This document shows, one piece after another, positions 63,280 through 64,000 of a stretch of 64,000 nt of DNA (the first letter of the stretch is position 1; each line of letters begins with the position of its first letter). The position numbers and the translations under genes are program-made. The stretch lies in assembly GCA_016190815.1 (NCBI GenBank), contig JACPPT010000058.1, positions 2,826 through 66,825 of the forward strand. The letters are read 5' to 3'. This DNA comes from Chloroflexota bacterium (GTDB taxonomy: Bacteria; Chloroflexota; Dehalococcoidia; JACPPT01). Below the pieces are notes generated by a model. That model saw only the letters and a program-made list of their open reading frames with translations. It made no database searches and had not been told where the DNA came from.

Positions 63280-64000
63280 ATGGTTGTCGGCCACGTGCAG
63301 TCGGGTAAGACTGCAAACTATGCCGGTCTGATATGCAAGGCCGCCGATGCCGGGTACAAGCTGGTCGTCATCATTGCGGGAATCCACAACATACTACGGA
63401 ATCAGACGCAACTGAGGATCGACGAGAGTTTCGTCGGTCGCGATAGCGCCAGGCTGCTCTCGAAGAAGGATGATCGTTTCATCGGCGTGGGCCGCTTCGA
63501 TCAGACCCGGCGCCCCGTGACGTTCACGAACTCGGTCAAGGACTTCAGCAAAGCAATGGCCACCAGCGTCGGCCTCCCGCTCCAGAATCTCAACGAGCCC
63601 GCTGCGTTCGTGATCAAGAAGAACAGCACCACATTGAAGAATCTGCTCGAGTGGCTCAGGGAACACAGCGCCCGAGGAGGTGCTCGGACGATAGACGCCC
63701 CCATGCTCCTCATCGACGACGAAGCCGACAACGCGTCGATCAACATCCGACACGGCAAGGGGGAAGTGTCGCGCATCAACGGACAGATTCGAGACCTGCT
63801 TCACCTGTTTGAAAGAAGCTGCTATGTCGGATACACGGCGACACCCTTTGCCAACATCTTCATCGACCCTGATACCGATGACGAGATGCTAGGCGAGGAC
63901 CTGTTCCCTCGGAATTTCATCGTGAGCCTCGATCCGCCCTCCAATTACTTCGGCCCGGACAGGGTCTTCCTCCACGAATCCGAGAATTTCATCCGTCATA
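63280..64000 (+). CDS. Z1-domain-family P-loop protein, 3' end outside window (absent from ORF track); possibly 5'-truncated
   Basis: The plus-strand frame is open from 63244 to the window edge: MVVGHVQSGKTANYAGLICKAADAGYKLVVIIAGIHNILRNQTQ...LLIDDEADNASIN...CYVGYTATPFANIFIDP. In-frame TAG codons at 63199 and 63241 leave only 5 residues before the Walker A. Confidence 0.7.
   Translation, partial: MVVGHVQSGKTANYAGLICKAADAGYKLVVIIAGIHNILRNQTQLRIDESFVGRDSARLLSKKDDRFIGVGRFDQTRRPVTFTNSVKDFSKAMATSVGLPLQNLNEPAAFVIKKNSTTLKNLLEWLREHSARGGARTIDAPMLLIDDEADNASINIRHGKGEVSRINGQIRDLLHLFERSCYVGYTATPFANIFIDPDTDDEMLGEDLFPRNFIVSLDPPSNYFGPDRVFLHESENFIRH

Overview
This 64-kb window looks like bacterial chromosome, with GGAGG-type Shine-Dalgarno sites and many 1-4 nt start/stop overlaps. 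The gene content is reminiscent of Chloroflexota, but that is only an inference. Left to right: (1) Zn-ribbon/RDD and PrsW membrane proteins, a DUF2723-type glycosyltransferase and a PlsC-like acyltransferase; (2) ilvD, a 7Fe ferredoxin and an aconitase; (3) a TldD/PmbA pair; (4) a complete System I cytochrome c maturation super-operon (ccmE-F-H, two unassigned embedded genes, ccmA-B-C-D, ccdA, tlpA-like) with a Cys-type CcmE; (5) a fumarate-lyase-family gene and a split EamA transporter; (6) an 11-gene minus-strand operon holding five tandem MmgE/PrpD paralogues between family-III CoA-transferases and hydratases; (7) lgt; (8) a cytoplasmic molybdopterin oxidoreductase with two flavoproteins; (9) a 1081-aa STAND/TPR/SARP regulator; (10) a DUF5317-MEDS group; (11) a second CoA-ester cluster (SDR, CaiB, HMG-CoA-lyase-like, orphan SBP, and divergently DUF4387, DUF1446, acyl-CoA synthetase, IPMS-like synthase); (12) at the right edge a compact cytosine-methylation/defence island (HTH, HhH-GPD glycosylase, Dcm, DUF3883 nuclease-like protein, then a Z1-domain P-loop gene running off the window). 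I recognised no rRNA, tRNA, CRISPR array, transposase or integrase. The ORF track misses three genes: the 5'-open Zn-ribbon/RDD gene, a 56-codon ccmD, and the 3'-open Z1 gene. The best candidates for something undescribed are the five-copy PrpD-like operon, the methylation island with its unusual partners, and the variant ccm cluster (Cys/Met CcmE plus two CcmI-motif proteins). All family calls come from motif recognition by eye; no database search was run.
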